Shown here: piece by piece, positions 27,002-35,819 of the stretch
Numbering within the stretch: the stretch's first letter is position 1
How the letters are laid out: each line of letters begins with the position of its first letter
Origin: Candidatus Omnitrophota bacterium
GTDB taxonomy: Bacteria > Omnitrophota > Gorgyraeia > 2-01-FULL-45-10
Assembly (NCBI GenBank): GCA_041650935.1
Contig: JBAZKH010000007.1
Coordinates: forward strand, 41,471 to 105,470
Direction of reading: 5' to 3'
Length of the DNA: 64,000 nt
Position numbers and translations under genes: made by a program
Notes under the pieces: generated by a model
The model's database searches: none
What the model was told of the DNA's origin: nothing
What the model saw: the letters and a program-made list of their open reading frames with translations, nothing else

Positions 27002-27102
27002 AACCTTCCGGATGGATATTCCTTATAGTTTCCTGGGGTGTCATCGCGGGCCTGAGCATATTTTGCTTCTATAAGGTAATTACGAAGAAGAAGCTTGAAT
27101 GA
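26998..27102 (+). CDS. MetS-like small subunit of the NSS importer (34 aa; below the ORF-track cutoff)
   Basis: ATGA overlap with the transporter stop. AAGGAG ribosome-binding site. Single-TM peptide MKPSGWIFLIVSWGVIAGLSIFCFYKVITKKKLE. Confidence 0.5.
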   Translation: MKPSGWIFLIVSWGVIAGLSIFCFYKVITKKKLE

Positions 27103-28172
27103 AGAAAGCCTCCATAAAAGATCTTTCCAGGCCGGAACTTACAAAAGCGCTTGAGGAAGCGGGGAGCCCCTCCTACCGCGGCCGTCAAATATTCAGGTGG
27201 TTGTATAAAGTAGCTGTCAAATCTTTCGATGAGATGACTGATATACCGGCCTCCCTGCGCAGTGTGCTTGCCGCTAAGTTTCGAATCTCCTTTCCGGAGA
27301 CTATGGGCTTTAAAAGATCGCTGTCGGACGGCACCACAAAGTATCTCTTTGAGCTGGAGGATGCCAACACGGTCGAGACGGTGCTCTTGCCGGAAAGGGC
27401 GCGTAATACTATATGCCTTTCTTCGCAGGTCGGGTGCAAATTTGCCTGTGACTTTTGCGCGAGCGCGCCGTTCGGGTTTATAAGGAACCTGTCGCAGGGC
27501 GAGATACTTAATGAAGCGCTAGCCGTTAAACTCGCGAATCCGGATGCTGATATCACAAATCTTGTCTTCATGGGGATAGGTGAGCCCCTCGACAACTATG
27601 ATAACGTACTCAAGTCCATCAGGATATTTAATGATAAAGACGCTTTTAACATAGGCGCGCGAAAGATCACAGTCTCGACGTGCGGAGTCGTTCCCGGGAT
27701 CGCGAGATTGGCCGGAGAGGGCCTGCAGCTAGAACTCTCGGTGTCGTTGCACGCGGCCAATGACGATGCCAGGTCGAGGCTTCTGCCGATAAACCGGCGC
27801 TATCCCCTGAAAGACCTCATGGCGGCATGCAGAGATTATATAGACGCCACAAACAGGATCATCACGTTCGAATATGTGTTGATGGCCGGAGTGAACAGTT
27901 CCAGGGCGGATGCCATGGAGCTGGGGCGGCTCCTTAAGACGATTAAGTGTAAGGTGAATGTAATCTCGTATAATACGGTTCCCGGAAGGCCGTATAAAGA
28001 GCCTCCCGGAGACGACGTAAAGGTATTTGTGAAGACGCTGAAGAGAGCCGGTATAAACGCGATGCATCGCAAGCCGAAGGGCGAGGATATAGCCGCCGGT
28101 TGCGGACAGCTCAGGATATCGACCGCGCACCTTACGAAGAAGGGCGGTAAAATGGAAGAAGGTGCCCGATGA
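27099..28172 (+). CDS. rlmN: 23S rRNA/tRNA m2A methyltransferase (radical SAM)
   Basis: CLSSQVGCKFACDFCAS radical-SAM cluster in an RlmN/Cfr-family context. Confidence 0.85.
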   Translation: MKKASIKDLSRPELTKALEEAGSPSYRGRQIFRWLYKVAVKSFDEMTDIPASLRSVLAAKFRISFPETMGFKRSLSDGTTKYLFELEDANTVETVLLPERARNTICLSSQVGCKFACDFCASAPFGFIRNLSQGEILNEALAVKLANPDADITNLVFMGIGEPLDNYDNVLKSIRIFNDKDAFNIGARKITVSTCGVVPGIARLAGEGLQLELSVSLHAANDDARSRLLPINRRYPLKDLMAACRDYIDATNRIITFEYVLMAGVNSSRADAMELGRLLKTIKCKVNVISYNTVPGRPYKEPPGDDVKVFVKTLKRAGINAMHRKPKGEDIAAGCGQLRISTAHLTKKGGKMEEGAR

Positions 28173-29137
28173 AGAAGAGCGATAGGCTTAAGAGGGTCAT
28201 CGTGTTCTATGCTTCGGTCCTCTTATTTTTCATCACCCTGCCGATACTCTTATCTTATTCCCTGGGTTACCGTATCGATTACAGGGCGTTAAAGATATAT
28301 AAGACCGGGATAATCTTTATAAACAGCAAGCCCTCGGGCGCTTCGATCTATGTGAATGATAAATTGCACAATAGCCTTACGCCCTCACAAATTGAGGACC
28401 TGAACCCGGGGGTTTATAAAATTAAAGTAAAGCGCGATGGTTTCTATCCATGGGAAGAGGAGCTCATCGTGAGACCAAATATGGTGACGAAAGCCGAAAG
28501 CATAATACTCTTTCCGGTCATACAGGAAATGAACCTGATGATCGCCAAACCGATAGCGGACTTTGCCATATCCGACAGGGGTTATATCTATTATCTTGCA
28601 GGCACAGGCCTCTACCGGTCCGATGCCGATGGCAACGGCCTGAAACAGCTGTCAACATATTCCGGTTGGCCCTCGAAGATATTGAAAAAGCGCTTCTCTC
28701 CCGACGGTGATAAATTCTTATGTTTTGGCGAAAGAGAGGTTGTAATCATATACCTGAATCTCGACAAAACTACGGCCAGGGACGGCGAAAGCGCGAGGAT
28801 CGAGAATATGCTGACTACCGAAGAGCCTATACTCGATGTCTTCTGGTATTCCGGGTCCGGTTATATAATCGTCGTGACGCAAAAATATATCAATGTGGTC
28901 GAGCTTAGGGGCGGGGGCAAGCGTAATATCGCCACGCTATATAAATTTAACGCCGCTCCGCATACCGTATTTTATGATATCAATAACGGATCATTATATT
29001 TCATGGACCGGGAAAAAGATAATTTCTCCAAAGACAGCAGTTATCTTTACAGGCTCGACCTGCGGCAGAAATTTTTCGATTACCTGATGCAGTTATTGTT
29101 GAAGAGGGAGCCCGAGGCTGCGAATGAAAAACGATAG
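28169..29137 (+). CDS. membrane-anchored PEGA-domain protein with a PD40/beta-propeller-like region
   Basis: SKPSGASIYVNDK...GVYKIKVKRDGFYPWEE (PEGA). Start overlaps the rlmN stop. Confidence 0.5.
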   Translation: MKKSDRLKRVIVFYASVLLFFITLPILLSYSLGYRIDYRALKIYKTGIIFINSKPSGASIYVNDKLHNSLTPSQIEDLNPGVYKIKVKRDGFYPWEEELIVRPNMVTKAESIILFPVIQEMNLMIAKPIADFAISDRGYIYYLAGTGLYRSDADGNGLKQLSTYSGWPSKILKKRFSPDGDKFLCFGEREVVIIYLNLDKTTARDGESARIENMLTTEEPILDVFWYSGSGYIIVVTQKYINVVELRGGGKRNIATLYKFNAAPHTVFYDINNGSLYFMDREKDNFSKDSSYLYRLDLRQKFFDYLMQLLLKREPEAANEKR

Positions 29138-30635
29138 ATTCTACAGGCGGGTCTTCGAGATAATACCCGGCCTCCTTACGTGGACGACCCTTGGATCGTT
29201 GTTTATCCTCGCTTTTATAAGGCCTCTCTGGGTCGCGATATTCGTTATAACATTCGATCTCTACTGGGTTATAAGGATATGCTACCTTACACTTTTGCTG
29301 GTATTTGCTTATAGAAGGCTCGGTAAGGAGAAGAAGACGGATTGGTTAAAGCAGGCAAGGGCCGCCGGTTACGTCGACGGTATCGAATTCGAAAACATAT
29401 ACCATGCGGTCATATTCCCGACATATAAGGAGGGCCTGGAGATATTGACGCCGTCCATAACAGCTCTTGAGCGGGCAAACTACCCTAAAGATAAGATGAT
29501 AGTTGTGATAAGCGTGGAGGAGAGGGCGGGTGCGGAGGCCTGGAGCAATGCCGTCAGCCTGAAAGATAAATACAGGGGCCGTTTCTTTCATTTTATAGTA
29601 ACGCGCCACCCTGACAATATCGCCGGTGAGGTGAAGGTGAAGGGGGCCAATGCTACCTGGGGCGCCAAGGTGCTTAAGACCTTTATCGATTCTAAAAATA
29701 TAGATTATGAGCATGTGATAATTTCATGCTTTGATGCGGATACGTGCGCTCAGGAAGAATACTTTAGCTGTCTTGCCTACCACTATATAACGAATCCGCG
29801 GAGGACCCACTCGAGCTACCAGCCGATCCCCGTCTATAATAATAACATCTGGTATGCCCGTTCCATAGCCAGGATACTCGAGCTGGGATCGAGCTTCATG
29901 CAGATGATAGAGACGATGCGTCTGGAAAAGTTTGTTACGTTCTCGAGCCATAGCATGAGTTTCAAGACACTCGTTGACGTAGATTACTGGCCGGTCGACA
30001 TGATATCGGATGATTCGGTCATATACTGGAAATGCTTTCTCTATTTCGACGGCGACTATTCCGTAATCCCGATGTATGTGACGGTTTCTATGGACGTGGC
30101 GACGGCAAAAGGCATCATACCTACAATAATAAAGCAGTATAAGCAGAAGAGGCGCTGGGCGTGGGGGGTGGAGAATTTCCCTTACGTGATGCTGGGTTTT
30201 ATGAAGAATGACAGGATACCGCTATCCAAGAAGATAAGGCGCGGTTTCCATATCCTCGAGAGCCACTACACATGGGCCGTATGGGCCATCATCATAACGT
30301 TTATTGCCCCGCTTCCTCTTATCTTCGGCGGCGGCCTTTTCAGGCAGACCGCGATCGGTTATAACCTGCCGAGCGTCGCGGCGGCGCTATTCAGAGTCTC
30401 GCTATTTACGATATTTGTCTGCATGTTCATAAGCATAAAACTGCTTCCGCCGAGGCCAAAGGACGTGAAACCGCAGAAGAGGATAATCATGTTCGTACAG
30501 TGGCTCTTCTCGCCGGTGGTCGCGGCGCTGCTCGGCTCCACGCCGGCTATAGATGCGCAGACGCGGCTTATGCTGGGCAAGTATATGCACTTCTACGTGA
30601 CCGAAAAATCCCGCTCCCCGGCCGCGTCAAAATAA
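29124..30635 (+). CDS. integral-membrane GT2 glycosyltransferase (synthase-like; DAD and Q..RRW motifs)
   Basis: VIFPTYKE, CFDADT and QYKQKRRWAWG, with TM helices at both ends. Confidence 0.6.
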   Translation: MKNDRFYRRVFEIIPGLLTWTTLGSLFILAFIRPLWVAIFVITFDLYWVIRICYLTLLLVFAYRRLGKEKKTDWLKQARAAGYVDGIEFENIYHAVIFPTYKEGLEILTPSITALERANYPKDKMIVVISVEERAGAEAWSNAVSLKDKYRGRFFHFIVTRHPDNIAGEVKVKGANATWGAKVLKTFIDSKNIDYEHVIISCFDADTCAQEEYFSCLAYHYITNPRRTHSSYQPIPVYNNNIWYARSIARILELGSSFMQMIETMRLEKFVTFSSHSMSFKTLVDVDYWPVDMISDDSVIYWKCFLYFDGDYSVIPMYVTVSMDVATAKGIIPTIIKQYKQKRRWAWGVENFPYVMLGFMKNDRIPLSKKIRRGFHILESHYTWAVWAIIITFIAPLPLIFGGGLFRQTAIGYNLPSVAAALFRVSLFTIFVCMFISIKLLPPRPKDVKPQKRIIMFVQWLFSPVVAALLGSTPAIDAQTRLMLGKYMHFYVTEKSRSPAASK

Positions 30636-30759
30636 GTTTTCGATTTTGAAATATATCCCTCGAGGGGATGGCTTCAATAGGAATCGAAAATTTTCCGTCG
30701 GAAATGCTTGCGGGATTTTTCGTCTACTCCGGCCGCCGGGAATTTTTTGTGAAAATTTC

Positions 30760-30788
30760 TTGCCAAGAGTTGGCTTGCGTGCTATACT
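30760..30788 (+). promoter_or_regulatory. sigma70-like promoter (TTGCCA n17 TATACT), 9 nt before the ATG
   Basis: Perfect spacing. Implies a leaderless transcript. Confidence 0.4.
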
Positions 30789-30797
30789 TTCACCGCT

Positions 30798-30995
30798 ATG
30801 GGAAAAGTTTTGAGCTTGATTATCGGGACAGCGGTTGCAGTTATCGGAGTTGTGCTTTTAGTAATATGGTGGTGCGATTTCGTAACGATGTTGAAAGGCG
30901 CCGTGCCCGTAATACTGATATTTGGCGGTGCTATCGCGGTAATCGCGGGGCTTAGCGAACTGAAAGACGAGCTGGCCGCCAAAGAAGATAAATAA
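30798..30995 (+). CDS. small two-TM membrane protein (65 aa)
   Basis: Has its own promoter and a strong terminator. Confidence 0.45.
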   Translation: MGKVLSLIIGTAVAVIGVVLLVIWWCDFVTMLKGAVPVILIFGGAIAVIAGLSELKDELAAKEDK

Positions 30996-31007
30996 GCACT
31001 CCTACAC

Positions 31008-31037
31008 GGCTCTTGCCGACGGCAAGAGCCGTTTTTA
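31008..31037 (+). terminator. intrinsic terminator (GGCTCTTGCC GAC GGCAAGAGCC followed by a T run)
   Basis: 10-bp perfect stem, 3-nt loop, then GTTTTTA. Confidence 0.75.
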
Positions 31038-31089
31038 TAAATAATGTTTACCCCGGACACCTCTACTAATAGTGTTTCCAGTTTCAAAA

Positions 31090-31141
31090 ACCACTATATA
31101 TGGTATTTTGATTTGACTTATCCCCGTAAGTGTGATATAGT
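31090..31141 (+). promoter_or_regulatory. candidate NrdR boxes overlapping a TTGACT n17 TATAGT promoter
   Basis: ACCACTATATATGGT is a near-palindrome resembling the NrdR consensus acaCwAtATaTwGtgt. A second degenerate box, GTGTGATATAGTCA, overlaps the -10. Confidence 0.35.
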
Positions 31142-31201
31142 CAATGACCGGAATACGGAATTATTTTTTTATAAAGTATTTTAAGAGAAAGGCAGTAGAA
31201 G

Positions 31202-33499
31202 ATGGAAGAAACGCGTGACAGGAATTTGGGTTTGTCGGAAAATGCTTTGAAAGTTCTCGAGAAACGGTATCTTAAAAAAGACGCGAACGATAAAGTGACA
31301 GAGACGTCGGCGGATATGTTCCGCAGGGTCGCAAAGAACATCGCGTCGGCGGACTCGCATTACGGTAAGAACGCCTCCGCGATTGCCGCGACGGAGGAAG
31401 ATTTTTACGATATGATGACGCAGCTGGAATTCCTGCCTAACTCGCCGACACTTATGAACGCGGGCCGCGACCTGCAGCAGTTATCGGCATGTTTTGTGCT
31501 GTCTATAGAAGATTCTATGGAATCGATATTCGAAACCATAAAAGATACCGCAATCATACATAAATCAGGCGGCGGCACAGGTTTCAGTTTCTCAAGGCTG
31601 CGCGGAAAGAATTCACGGGTCCGTTCTACGGGAGGAATCTCGAGCGGGCCGGTATCGTTTATGAAGGTCTTTAACTCCGCTACGCAGGCTGTGAAGCAGG
31701 GCGGCACGCGCAGGGGCGCCAATATGGGCATCCTCAGGGTCGACCATCCGGACATCCTGGAATTTATAACATGCAAAGAAAGCGACAAGGATATAACGAA
31801 CTTCAATATCTCCGTAGCGCTTACGGAAGATTTCATGGATAAGGCGTCCTCGGGCGAGGCATATGATCTTATCGATCCCCATACTAAGAAACCGGCCGGC
31901 AAGCTTAATGCTAAAGATGTCTTCGACCTTATAATAAAGATGGCGTGGAAGAATGGCGAGCCGGGCATAATATTTATCGACAGGATGAATAAAGATAATC
32001 CGACCCCGATGGTGGCCGAGATAGAATCGACTAACCCGTGTGGAGAACAGCCGCTCCTTCCTTACGAAAGCTGCAATCTGGGATCGATAAATCTCGCGCG
32101 GATGGTGGAGGGCGGGGAGATCAACTGGAAGAAGCTGGGGGAGACGGTCAAAAGAGCGGTCCATTTCCTCGATAACGTCATAGATATGAACGCGTATCCG
32201 CTCAAGCGCATAGAAGAGACGACGAAATCGAACCGCAAGATAGGGCTGGGCGTCATGGGTTTTGCGGATATGTTGTTTATGCTGGGCATCAGTTACGACT
32301 CCGAGAATTCGATACAGATAGCAGAGAAGATTATGAAGTTTGTCCTGGAGGCGGCTCAAGCCGCTTCGCAGGAGATGGCGCGCGAACGCGGAGCCTTCCC
32401 TAATTTTAAAAAGAGTATATACAATACTCCGGGTGCGCGGCCCCTGCGCAATGCCACATTGACCACTATCGCTCCGACCGGGACTCTCTCGATAATCGCG
32501 AATTGCTCAAGCGGCATAGAACCGATCTTCGCTATCTCTTATATAAGGAATATAATGGATAACACCAAGCTTGTAGAGGTGCATCCTTATTTTAAGGATG
32601 TGGCGATGAAGGGAGGATTCTTTACGCCGGAACTCATGAATATCATTGCTCAGAAAGGGTCCGTAAAATCTTTAAACGAGATACCCGAGGATGTGCAGAA
32701 GGTATTTGTTACGGCGCATGACATAGACCCTGTCTGGCACATAAAGATGCAGTCCGCTTTCCAGAAATACACCAATAACGCAGTCTCTAAGACCGTAAAT
32801 CTTCCCCAGGCCGCTACGATTGAGGATGTGCGCAATATATATCTGTTGGCTTATCAGGGCGGATGTAAAGGCGTAACGATCTATAGGGACCACTCCAGGG
32901 AAGAGCAGGTCCTGAGCGTTTCAACCGCCAAAGAGACCAAAGAGCCGGCGCCGGCCAAGATAAGCCCGCGTCCCAGGCCCGCTGTTACCGTAGGCACCAC
33001 CACCAAAATAGCGACAGGGTGCGGTAATCTGTATGTGACTATAAATGAAGATAAAGACGGGCTCCCATTCGAAGTATTTATGTCGATGGGCAAGGCGGGC
33101 GGTTGCGCAATGAGCCAGCTCGAAGCCATAGGCAGGCTCTTGTCTCTGGCCTTAAGAAGCGGTATAGAGACAAATTCCATCATAGAACAACTTCGCGGTA
33201 TAAGATGTCCTTCGCCTAGCTGGGAGAAGGGCGGGAGGATATTCTCCTGCAGTGACGCGATAGCGCGCGTCCTCGAAAGAAGGATAATAGTGTCCAAAAA
33301 TAAAGCTCCCCAAGACAATGCCGCTGCAGAGCGGTCGGTTGAACCTCCTGCGGAAGGGTCAGTTGCCACCCAGACGCAGAAAAGCGTAAAGGCCAAGACC
33401 GAGAATATAGTAGGCGTTTGCCCTGATTGCGGAAGCGCCCTTTGGCATGTCGAGGGCTGCATGGTCTGTAAATCCTGCGGTTATTCGAAATGCGGTTAA
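31202..33499 (+). CDS. nrdJ: class II (adenosylcobalamin-dependent) ribonucleotide reductase
   Basis: NrdJ N-terminal and catalytic motifs plus a C-terminal CxxC...CxxC zinc ribbon. Confidence 0.9.
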   Translation: MEETRDRNLGLSENALKVLEKRYLKKDANDKVTETSADMFRRVAKNIASADSHYGKNASAIAATEEDFYDMMTQLEFLPNSPTLMNAGRDLQQLSACFVLSIEDSMESIFETIKDTAIIHKSGGGTGFSFSRLRGKNSRVRSTGGISSGPVSFMKVFNSATQAVKQGGTRRGANMGILRVDHPDILEFITCKESDKDITNFNISVALTEDFMDKASSGEAYDLIDPHTKKPAGKLNAKDVFDLIIKMAWKNGEPGIIFIDRMNKDNPTPMVAEIESTNPCGEQPLLPYESCNLGSINLARMVEGGEINWKKLGETVKRAVHFLDNVIDMNAYPLKRIEETTKSNRKIGLGVMGFADMLFMLGISYDSENSIQIAEKIMKFVLEAAQAASQEMARERGAFPNFKKSIYNTPGARPLRNATLTTIAPTGTLSIIANCSSGIEPIFAISYIRNIMDNTKLVEVHPYFKDVAMKGGFFTPELMNIIAQKGSVKSLNEIPEDVQKVFVTAHDIDPVWHIKMQSAFQKYTNNAVSKTVNLPQAATIEDVRNIYLLAYQGGCKGVTIYRDHSREEQVLSVSTAKETKEPAPAKISPRPRPAVTVGTTTKIATGCGNLYVTINEDKDGLPFEVFMSMGKAGGCAMSQLEAIGRLLSLALRSGIETNSIIEQLRGIRCPSPSWEKGGRIFSCSDAIARVLERRIIVSKNKAPQDNAAAERSVEPPAEGSVATQTQKSVKAKTENIVGVCPDCGSALWHVEGCMVCKSCGYSKCG

Positions 33500-33669
33500 A
33501 GCTGCCAAAGAAATTTAGTTCCTAACACTTGCCAAAATCAAATTTTGTGGTAAACTTATTCCATAGTGACGTTTTTGTTCTATGGTCAGGCAAAGGCAGC
33601 CCCTCGGCGCGGGACTTAGATATTAAGGTATTCCCTCGACACGGGACTCAAAACAGTAGTGTCTCGGGA

Positions 33670-33736
33670 TGATTTGCAAGACTAAGGTAATGGCAAATCA
33701 CGGGACGATTTGTCAGACTTAGATAACAACAAATCG
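33670..33736 (+). repeat. tandem hairpin leader elements (family C/D) ending in the Shine-Dalgarno sequence
   Basis: TGATTTGC/GCAAATCA and CGATTTGT/ACAAATCG stems. The last 45 nt are near-identical to the rpsT leader. Confidence 0.6.
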
Positions 33737-33745
33737 GAGGTGGGT

Positions 33746-34420
33746 ATGGATTGGTTGACGTTCGTTGTAGTTGATCCTGTGAAGGCGATGTTGATAAAGA
33801 TATGGAGTTATGTTCCTGCCATCGCAGGCGCGATTGTCATCCTAATCGTAGGCTGGCTTATAGCAAAAGTGCTGGAAATGGTGATTGTCAGGGTTCTTAA
33901 AGCCGTTCGCCTGGATATGGCAAGCGATAAGGCGGGTCTTTCGAACATTCTGGCGCAGGGAGAGATAAAGCTGAGTCTCTCGGAGCTGATAGGGGCTGTA
34001 ATATATTGGATCATTATACTTGTAGTGATTGCGACCGCGCTTGGTACGCTCAACCTTACCATTGCCGCGGAGCTCGTCGCACGGCTCATAGAATATGTGC
34101 CTAATATACTGGGCGCGATATTTATCCTGATAGTCGGAACTTTTGTGGCGGATTTTGTAGCTACGATAGTGCGGACAACGGCAGGAAACGCCGGAATAAA
34201 GAAGGCAAGTCTTCTTGCCAAGGCGACGAAGATCGTCCTTGTGATCTTTGCGGCAGTTATCGCGATCGAACAATTGAAGATAGCTTCGACGCTGATAGTC
34301 CTGGCTGTTAATATAATTCTTATATCTTTAGGTATCGGCATAGCCCTGGCGTTCGGTCTTGGCTGTAAAGATATAGCCGGTAAATTTGTTCAGGATCTCA
34401 TCAACGATCTGAAGAAATAG
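33746..34420 (+). CDS. membrane protein with internally duplicated conserved-TM-helix repeats (MscS-N/CmpX-like)
   Basis: Start reassigned to the ATG 6 nt after GGAGGT (the ORF-track start 33710 is a TTG inside the hairpin). Two homologous halves. Confidence 0.55.
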   Translation: MDWLTFVVVDPVKAMLIKIWSYVPAIAGAIVILIVGWLIAKVLEMVIVRVLKAVRLDMASDKAGLSNILAQGEIKLSLSELIGAVIYWIIILVVIATALGTLNLTIAAELVARLIEYVPNILGAIFILIVGTFVADFVATIVRTTAGNAGIKKASLLAKATKIVLVIFAAVIAIEQLKIASTLIVLAVNIILISLGIGIALAFGLGCKDIAGKFVQDLINDLKK

Positions 34421-34446
34421 GGTTTAGCGTATTCAGATAACACTGT

Positions 34447-34507
34447 AGGGGAGGCTTCCGCATTCGCCAGGGCTTCGGCGGAGAGGTAAGCTTCCCCTGC
34501 TTTTTTT
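34447..34507 (+). terminator. intrinsic terminator (long imperfect stem followed by T7)
   Basis: AGGGGAGGCTTCC...GGTAAGCTTCCCCT followed by GCTTTTTTT. Confidence 0.45.
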
Positions 34508-34512
34508 ACCCA

Positions 34513-34554
34513 TAAAAAAAGAAGCCACCGCTAATAAGGCGGTGGAGCTTCACT
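34513..34554. repeat. palindromic terminator-like element, copy 2 (inverted)
   Basis: Reverse complement of 25174-25215 with one mismatch. Confidence 0.6.
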
Positions 34555-34585
34555 TTTTCACGCGTTTCCTCTATAATATAGCCTC

Positions 34586-35710
34586 ATGGAACCATCTCTA
34601 TATATCCACATTCCCTTCTGCCGGCGGAAGTGTATCTACTGTAATTTTTACAGTTGTATCTACGATGCATCTACGGCCGCATCTTTAGTAGATATTCTTA
34701 TCGGCCAGCTGAAGGAGCTATCCGCCCGGGTCTATTCTATATACGTCGGGGGCGGGACTCCCAGCGTTCTTGATATAAGGATGCTGGGGCGGCTGCTGTC
34801 CGGCCTAAAGAAATTTTCAATTACCTCGGGTGAATTTACTGTGGAAGCCAATCCGGAAAGCCTGGACGATGATCGGATAAAGCTCTTCCTGGATAGCGGT
34901 GTCAATCGGTTGAGCATAGGCCTTCAGTCGTTCAACGAACGGAAGCTGAAGAAGCTGGGAAGGATACATACTGCCGCAAAAGGCGCAGGGGCGGTGGAGT
35001 TGGCGCATAAGAGGGGTTTTAAGGATATCAGTGTCGATCTTATATTCGGGGTCTGGGATGAAAAGGCGGAAAGCTGGAAAGACGAGCTTGATCAGGCGGC
35101 GCGCCTGCCGATTACCCACGTATCTTGTTATGAGCTTACTTATGAGAAGGATACTCCGCTATTTGCGGCGGCCGCGAATAAGAGCGTTATGCCGTTATCC
35201 GACGAAATTAACGCGGCCATGTATGGGGCGGCAATAGACCTTTTATCCCTGCGCGGCTTCAAGCAATATGAAGTGTCGAATTTTGCCAAAGGCGGTTACG
35301 AATCCAAACATAACCGGAACTACTGGGATAATAATTCTTATATCGGTCTTGGACCGTCGGCGGTATCGTATCTCGACGGCGAAAGGTCGCGAAATGTCTC
35401 CGACATCAAAGAGTATGCCGAAAGGTCCGGCGCCGGTAAGCCTCTGGCCGAGTCTAGCGAAAGACTCTCCCCCATAAGGAGCGCCAAAGAGACCGCCGCC
35501 GTAAAGATAAGGACGAAAGACGGCATCGACTTCGATTGGTTCGACCGGCGGACGGGATTTGATTTCCTGAAACTTGAAAATAAGGCGCTCCCCAAACTTT
35601 TGGAAGAGGGGCTCATTAAGTATAAAAAATATAATAATATATCTGCTGGAGTCTGTTTAAAAAGAAAAGGATTTCTATTCTGCGATACGGTCTCTTCCGC
35701 ATTACTGTAA
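34586..35710 (+). CDS. hemW: radical-SAM heme chaperone / coproporphyrinogen-III-oxidase-like
   Basis: HIPFCRRKCIYCNF cluster. The TATAAT box ends 9 nt before the ATG (leaderless). Confidence 0.8.
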   Translation: MEPSLYIHIPFCRRKCIYCNFYSCIYDASTAASLVDILIGQLKELSARVYSIYVGGGTPSVLDIRMLGRLLSGLKKFSITSGEFTVEANPESLDDDRIKLFLDSGVNRLSIGLQSFNERKLKKLGRIHTAAKGAGAVELAHKRGFKDISVDLIFGVWDEKAESWKDELDQAARLPITHVSCYELTYEKDTPLFAAAANKSVMPLSDEINAAMYGAAIDLLSLRGFKQYEVSNFAKGGYESKHNRNYWDNNSYIGLGPSAVSYLDGERSRNVSDIKEYAERSGAGKPLAESSERLSPIRSAKETAAVKIRTKDGIDFDWFDRRTGFDFLKLENKALPKLLEEGLIKYKKYNNISAGVCLKRKGFLFCDTVSSALL

Positions 35711-35819
35711 ATAGATAAATAAAAAGCCGATTATTGCATGCCTTGAGTGTGAAAAAAGTGGCCTGGCCTATTTTTTTGTGTTAAAATACCATCGCTAAAA
35801 TTAACCGGAGGATTGCACG

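Noticed and set aside
30668-30955. 95-aa plus-strand ORF and 101-aa minus-strand ORF (30782-31087)
   Set aside because: Both overlap the well-supported 65-aa gene (promoter, terminator) in other frames. Cys/Arg-rich nonsense translations.
31040-31201. Cobalamin riboswitch upstream of nrdJ
   Set aside because: No B12-box (rAGYCMGgAgaCCkGCc-like) sequence. The region is a promoter with NrdR-like boxes instead.
33710-33745. ORF-track TTG start of the membrane protein
   Set aside because: The TTG lies inside the conserved hairpin. The ATG at 33746 follows GGAGGT at the correct spacing and mirrors the rpsT arrangement.
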